Shown here: one piece after another, positions 60,292 to 64,000 of the stretch
Position numbering within the stretch: the stretch's first letter is position 1
Layout: every line of letters begins with the position of its first letter
NCBI GenBank assembly: GCA_963826715.1
Contig: CAWGYA010000005.1
Coordinates: forward strand, 64,001-128,000
DNA: 64,000 nt
Direction of reading: 5' to 3'
DNA from: Candidatus Bathyarchaeota archaeon
Lineage (GTDB): Archaea > Thermoproteota > Bathyarchaeia > Bathyarchaeales > Bathycorpusculaceae
Made by a program: the position numbers and the translations under genes
Notes under the pieces: model-generated
Database searches by the model: none
Seen by the model: the letters and a program-made list of their open reading frames with translations, nothing else
Told to the model about the DNA's origin: nothing

Positions 60292-61197
60292 ATGTTTGAG
60301 AAGCTCAAGTCTGGGTTTAAGGGTTTAGTTAACAAGGTAACCACGACTGAGCTTAAAGCTGAAAGCTTAACTCCTGTTTTATTAGATTTCAAGATGAGTT
60401 TGGCTGAGAACGATGTGGCTTTTCCTGTTGCAGACAAAATCTGTGATGAACTTGAAAAGAGGCTTGTCGGTGTCTCAGTTAAGCGACTTGAAGATCGCAA
60501 AAAAATTGTGGAAGAAAACCTGCGCCAAGTTCTCTTAGAAGTTATGTTAACAAACGTCCGAATTGATTTACTTCAAAGAGCAGAGGAAAAACGCAAAAAG
60601 AAAGAGCCCTTGATGCTTATGTTTGTGGGGATCAATGGTACAGGCAAAACCACAACTATCGCTAAAGTCGCTAAATTTTTCCATGAAAAAAGCTACTCCG
60701 TAGTTCTTGCGGGCGCTGACACTTACCGCGCTGGCTCCATTGAACAGCTGGAGGAGCATGGGAAACGTTTGGGTATCCGCGTGATTAAAAGCACCTATGG
60801 CGGTGACCCAGCGGCAGTAGCTTACGATGCAGTTAATCATGCTAAAGCTCACGGTCTAAACGTGGTTTTGATTGACACCGCTGGGCGAATGCAAACAAAC
60901 CAGAACTTGATGAATGAACTCATCAAAGTCAAGCGCGTTGTGCAGCCGGACTTAACGATTTTCACGGTAGATTCGCTTATCGGCAACGATGCCGTGATGC
61001 AGGCAGAGGAATTCAACAAAGCGGTTGGAATCGATGCAACCATTCTCACTAAAGTCGATGCTGATGTAAAAGGTGGTTCAGCCTTAAGTGTGACTTATGT
61101 GACCCAGAAGCCAATTCTCTTCATAGGGGTTGGGCAGACCTACAAGGATTTGGAACTTTTTAACCCCGAAAAATTCGTCAACATGGTTCTTCGGTAA
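60292..61197 (+). CDS. ftsY: SRP receptor FtsY
   Basis: GINGTGKTTT, DTYRAG, DTAGR, TKVDADVKGG, GVGQ. Confidence 0.97.
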   Translation: MFEKLKSGFKGLVNKVTTTELKAESLTPVLLDFKMSLAENDVAFPVADKICDELEKRLVGVSVKRLEDRKKIVEENLRQVLLEVMLTNVRIDLLQRAEEKRKKKEPLMLMFVGINGTGKTTTIAKVAKFFHEKSYSVVLAGADTYRAGSIEQLEEHGKRLGIRVIKSTYGGDPAAVAYDAVNHAKAHGLNVVLIDTAGRMQTNQNLMNELIKVKRVVQPDLTIFTVDSLIGNDAVMQAEEFNKAVGIDATILTKVDADVKGGSALSVTYVTQKPILFIGVGQTYKDLELFNPEKFVNMVLR

Positions 61198-61213
61198 TCC
61201 ATGGTAATATAGT

Positions 61214-61723
61214 TTGAAGATTAGGCCTGAAAAATCCTCTGAATTTCCGATAATTTACGATTTTGTAAAGTTGGCTTTCCAAACCGCAAAAGTGGCCAAT
61301 GGAAATGAATCAAATTATGTAGATAAACTTCGTAAAGGCAACAATTACTTACCTGAGCTCGCGCTGGTAGCGGAAGAAGGTGGCGAAATTATCGGGCATA
61401 TCATGTTGACTAAAGCCTTTGTGACCTGTGAGGATTCAAAATTTGAATCATTATTGTTAGCTCCTCTTTCAGTAGCGTTAGGGCACCGCAATTGTGGTAT
61501 TGGCTCGAAACTTGTTCTATCCAGCTTTGATTTAGCTAAAAAACTCGGGTACTCGGCGGTTTTTGTAGTTGGCGACCCGGATTATTATTGCAGATTTGGG
61601 TTTATGTCATCTGCCAACTTTGGCATTGTACATGTTCCAGAGATTCCTTCTCAATATGTGATGGTCTGCGAATTGGTTACTGGTGTATTAGTCGGTTTTT
61701 CTGGAACTGTGACTTTCACTTAA
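61214..61723 (+). CDS. YhbS-like GNAT N-acetyltransferase
   Basis: LAPLSVALGHRNCGIGSKL, VVGDPDYYCRFGF. Confidence 0.9.
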   Translation: MKIRPEKSSEFPIIYDFVKLAFQTAKVANGNESNYVDKLRKGNNYLPELALVAEEGGEIIGHIMLTKAFVTCEDSKFESLLLAPLSVALGHRNCGIGSKLVLSSFDLAKKLGYSAVFVVGDPDYYCRFGFMSSANFGIVHVPEIPSQYVMVCELVTGVLVGFSGTVTFT

Positions 61724-61727
61724 GGGT

Positions 61728-62084
61728 TTATGTGTCTTCTACTTCGACAAGATCAAAGCGGATTTTTGTTGGGTAAAATCGGAATGCCTTAATGAAATCT
61801 TCTATTTCTTGGTCAATGTCAACTGCTTCAAAGAAGCTCAAAAAATCTTTTTCCACGTTCTCGAGGTTTTTTGAGGTGTAGATATTCAATGTAAACAGGT
61901 ATTGGGTATCTTGTGCAAGATTTTTTATTTCAATGGCCTCTGTTACATCAACGGTAAACATAAGATTTGTTAGGACGTCAAGAACCGCTATTTTACATGC
62001 GACTGTATTTATCTTCTTAATAGTAACTAACCTTTTCTCAACAATTCTAAAGTTCCATTCACTTTCAACGTTAGAAGCAGACAT
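61728..62084 (-). CDS. Hypothetical protein
   Basis: 118 aa ORF with ATG start. Confidence 0.55.
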   Translation of the reverse strand: MSASNVESEWNFRIVEKRLVTIKKINTVACKIAVLDVLTNLMFTVDVTEAIEIKNLAQDTQYLFTLNIYTSKNLENVEKDFLSFFEAVDIDQEIEDFIKAFRFYPTKIRFDLVEVEDT

Positions 62085-62179
62085 AAAAGTTCACATATAA
62101 GGAATAACTAATCAACCTTTAAAAACTCTAACATTAACTTGCTGCATTTTTCCCAAACTTATTGTTTCAATAGGACAAA

Positions 62180-62419
62180 TTATTTTGGTTCCGCTGATTT
62201 TTTTCGTTCTGCAACATCACGCAGATTCAACACAGGGGAATCCTCTCCATACCCCTGCTTTGCTTCGGTTTTACGTTTGTAGGTTTGCTCGGCAATTTTG
62301 GCTTTGCCTTCTTTGCTACTAAGCTCAACACTATTGCCCAGTTTATACAGAGTTCTGCCGAGGCGACGTTCCCCAACGGTTCTTGTGCATCTACCCATAA
62401 CTGAGGTATTTAACGTCAA
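62180..62419 (-). CDS. Small basic hypothetical protein
   Basis: ORF only; start uncertain. Confidence 0.35.
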   Translation of the reverse strand: MTLNTSVMGRCTRTVGERRLGRTLYKLGNSVELSSKEGKAKIAEQTYKRKTEAKQGYGEDSPVLNLRDVAERKKSAEPK

Positions 62420-62463
62420 AGGTTAAAAACCCTTCCAACCTACAATGTACTTGTAGTGGTCAA

Positions 62464-62877
62464 TTGAAGCAAGAAGTAACAACAATAAAACAAACCATAA
62501 TCATCCCAAATGTGCCCCCAAAACAGGTCTACGATGTATATGTTGATCCCAAAAAACACAGTGAATTCACCGATAGCAAAGCGACAGGTAAACCAGTGGT
62601 CGGCGGCAAATACTCCTCTTGGGACGGCTACATTTTCGGTAAATACATACTTTTAGATGAAGGCAAGCGGGTGGTGCAAGATTGGACAACTACAGATTGG
62701 GAAGAAGGATACCATGCCTCAAAACTGGAGTTAACGTTCACACAGGTTCCTGAAGGTACAGAAATTGTAATGGTACACTCAGATGTTCCTCGTGCCCAAG
62801 CCGTAGAAGTTGAGCAGGGTTGGACAGAATATTACTGGAACCCCCTTAAAGAGTACTTCAGCAAAGCAAAACAGTAA
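62464..62877 (+). CDS. SRPBCC/AHSA1-like protein
   Basis: VGGKYSSWDGYIFG, VQDW, HSDVP, GWTEYYWNPLK. Confidence 0.88.
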   Translation: MKQEVTTIKQTIIIPNVPPKQVYDVYVDPKKHSEFTDSKATGKPVVGGKYSSWDGYIFGKYILLDEGKRVVQDWTTTDWEEGYHASKLELTFTQVPEGTEIVMVHSDVPRAQAVEVEQGWTEYYWNPLKEYFSKAKQ

Positions 62878-62879
62878 GG

Positions 62880-63107
62880 TTACTCATTAATTCTCTTGTT
62901 CGGTATTACGCCAATAATACTTTTCACAGTCTCTTCGCAGACTTCTGGTTTCCAATTGCAGATACCCTCAATTATCTCGTCGAGATAATGCGCCAATTCA
63001 TCACTTTTCACGTCTTTAGCGCAGTCAACTTTGAAGTCGATTTCTCCGTTCCTTCTACTTACCCTAATAGAAACTAATACTTCTTCTGCCATATTCGGGT
63101 GCCTCAT
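62880..63107 (-). CDS. Small hypothetical protein
   Basis: 75 aa ORF; probable start MAEEV after a GAGG sequence. Confidence 0.5.
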   Translation of the reverse strand: MRHPNMAEEVLVSIRVSRRNGEIDFKVDCAKDVKSDELAHYLDEIIEGICNWKPEVCEETVKSIIGVIPNKRINE

Positions 63108-63239
63108 CTGCTTATTTGAAATGCTTAAAATTTAAGGTTTTTTGATAACGCCGAAAGCATTCCTGTTCTTCAGGAAATCTAAACCTAACAACCTTTAAAT
63201 CGCAATTCAGCCAAACTAAAAAACCACTGGGTAAAGGCA

Positions 63240-64000
63240 ATGGATAAACTGAGCTCAGCACTATCAGCTACATTCCAAAAGTTTGTATCGCTGAGAATTC
63301 GCTACAAACTTATCATCATAACCCTTGCAGCCCTTCTGGTGTTTGTACTCTCTAAAGGTCCACCGCCTGGTCAGAACCACTTTGTCTATTTAGCTGACGC
63401 TTTTCTTCATGGGCAACTAGGGCTCTCAGGGGGCGGTACGGCTCTCGCTGAAATTATTCCCTATCACGGAAACTTTTATGTCGTTTACCCTCCAATGCCT
63501 GCTGTTTTGCTTTTACCATTTGTCGCGGTTTTCGGTACATCATTTGATCAGGGGATACTATCAATTCTGCTTGCAAGCCTAGCTGTTTCAGCTACGTGGC
63601 TGATGATTAAGAAAACTGTTACTAACCAAAACAAAGCTCTCTGGTTAACAGCCCTTTTTGGCTTCGGAACCTGCTTTTGGTACATTGCTTCAATCGGCTC
63701 AGCATGGTACATTGAGCATGTAGTCGCTGTATTGTTCCTCACATCAGCCATCATCTTATCCCTGTATAAGAAAAACAGCTTTCTCATCGGGTTAATGCTA
63801 GGTTGCGCAACACTTGCCCGTCTCCCCGTAGTCCTGTCTTTTCCTTTTTTTCTGCTTATGATTTATGGGCAACATTCTGAGTGGAAACAAAGACTGCGTC
63901 AGGCAGCCTATTTTCTATTAGGCTTAGCTATACTTGTAGGATTAAATGCGCTCTATAATTTCGCTCGCTATGGCGTTTTCACAGATATTGGTTACAGCCT
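63240..64000 (+). CDS. GT-C-like polytopic membrane protein (runs off the window)
   Basis: Manual: MDKLSS..NHFVYLADAFLHGQL..YVVYPPMPAVLLLPF..FGFGT..GSAWY..LAR..YNFARYG; no stop before 64000. Confidence 0.75.
   Translation, partial: MDKLSSALSATFQKFVSLRIRYKLIIITLAALLVFVLSKGPPPGQNHFVYLADAFLHGQLGLSGGGTALAEIIPYHGNFYVVYPPMPAVLLLPFVAVFGTSFDQGILSILLASLAVSATWLMIKKTVTNQNKALWLTALFGFGTCFWYIASIGSAWYIEHVVAVLFLTSAIILSLYKKNSFLIGLMLGCATLARLPVVLSFPFFLLMIYGQHSEWKQRLRQAAYFLLGLAILVGLNALYNFARYGVFTDIGYS

Noticed and set aside
1-64000. tRNA, rRNA, CRISPR array, integrase/transposase, reverse transcriptase
   Set aside because: None recognised by eye; the GGTTCGA hits near 11668 and 11704 lack cloverleaf context.

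Overview
Archaeal chromosomal window. It carries the rnp4-yhbY-rps19e-PDCD5-rpl39e-rpl31e-eIF6-rpl18a-pfdA-ftsY cluster. The PAS-rich 'RHDxxNKL' kinases and other gene families suggest Bathyarchaeia (inference). Layout: (1) 1-7.9 kb, AT-rich end of a surface-glycan locus. (2) 8.1-12.6 kb, a decay zone of pseudogenes and fragments, including a split VapBC toxin. (3) 12.6-18.9 kb, a compact non-contractile phage-tail operon with a G/GT -1 frameshift site and a very short tape measure, but no capsid, portal or integrase; its first gene is 5'-truncated at a fusion junction. (4) 18.9-41 kb, host genes: two PAS kinases, TspO/SOUL/fasciclin, an operon built on a reductase-adenylation fusion, site-2 protease, a frameshifted multicopper oxidase and glutamate synthase. 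(5) 41.3-44.8 kb, a stand-alone packaging operon (TerS-like, intact TerL, ABC-ATPase/GNAT fusion). (6) 44.9-52.4 kb, NDP-sugar dehydrogenase, hyaluronan-synthase-like GT2, flippase and rmlACBD. (7) 52.4-64 kb, the translation cluster with two insertions. The best novel-system candidate is a split, possibly domesticated gene-transfer-agent-like or headless-tail element. All assignments come from motif reading; no database searches were run.
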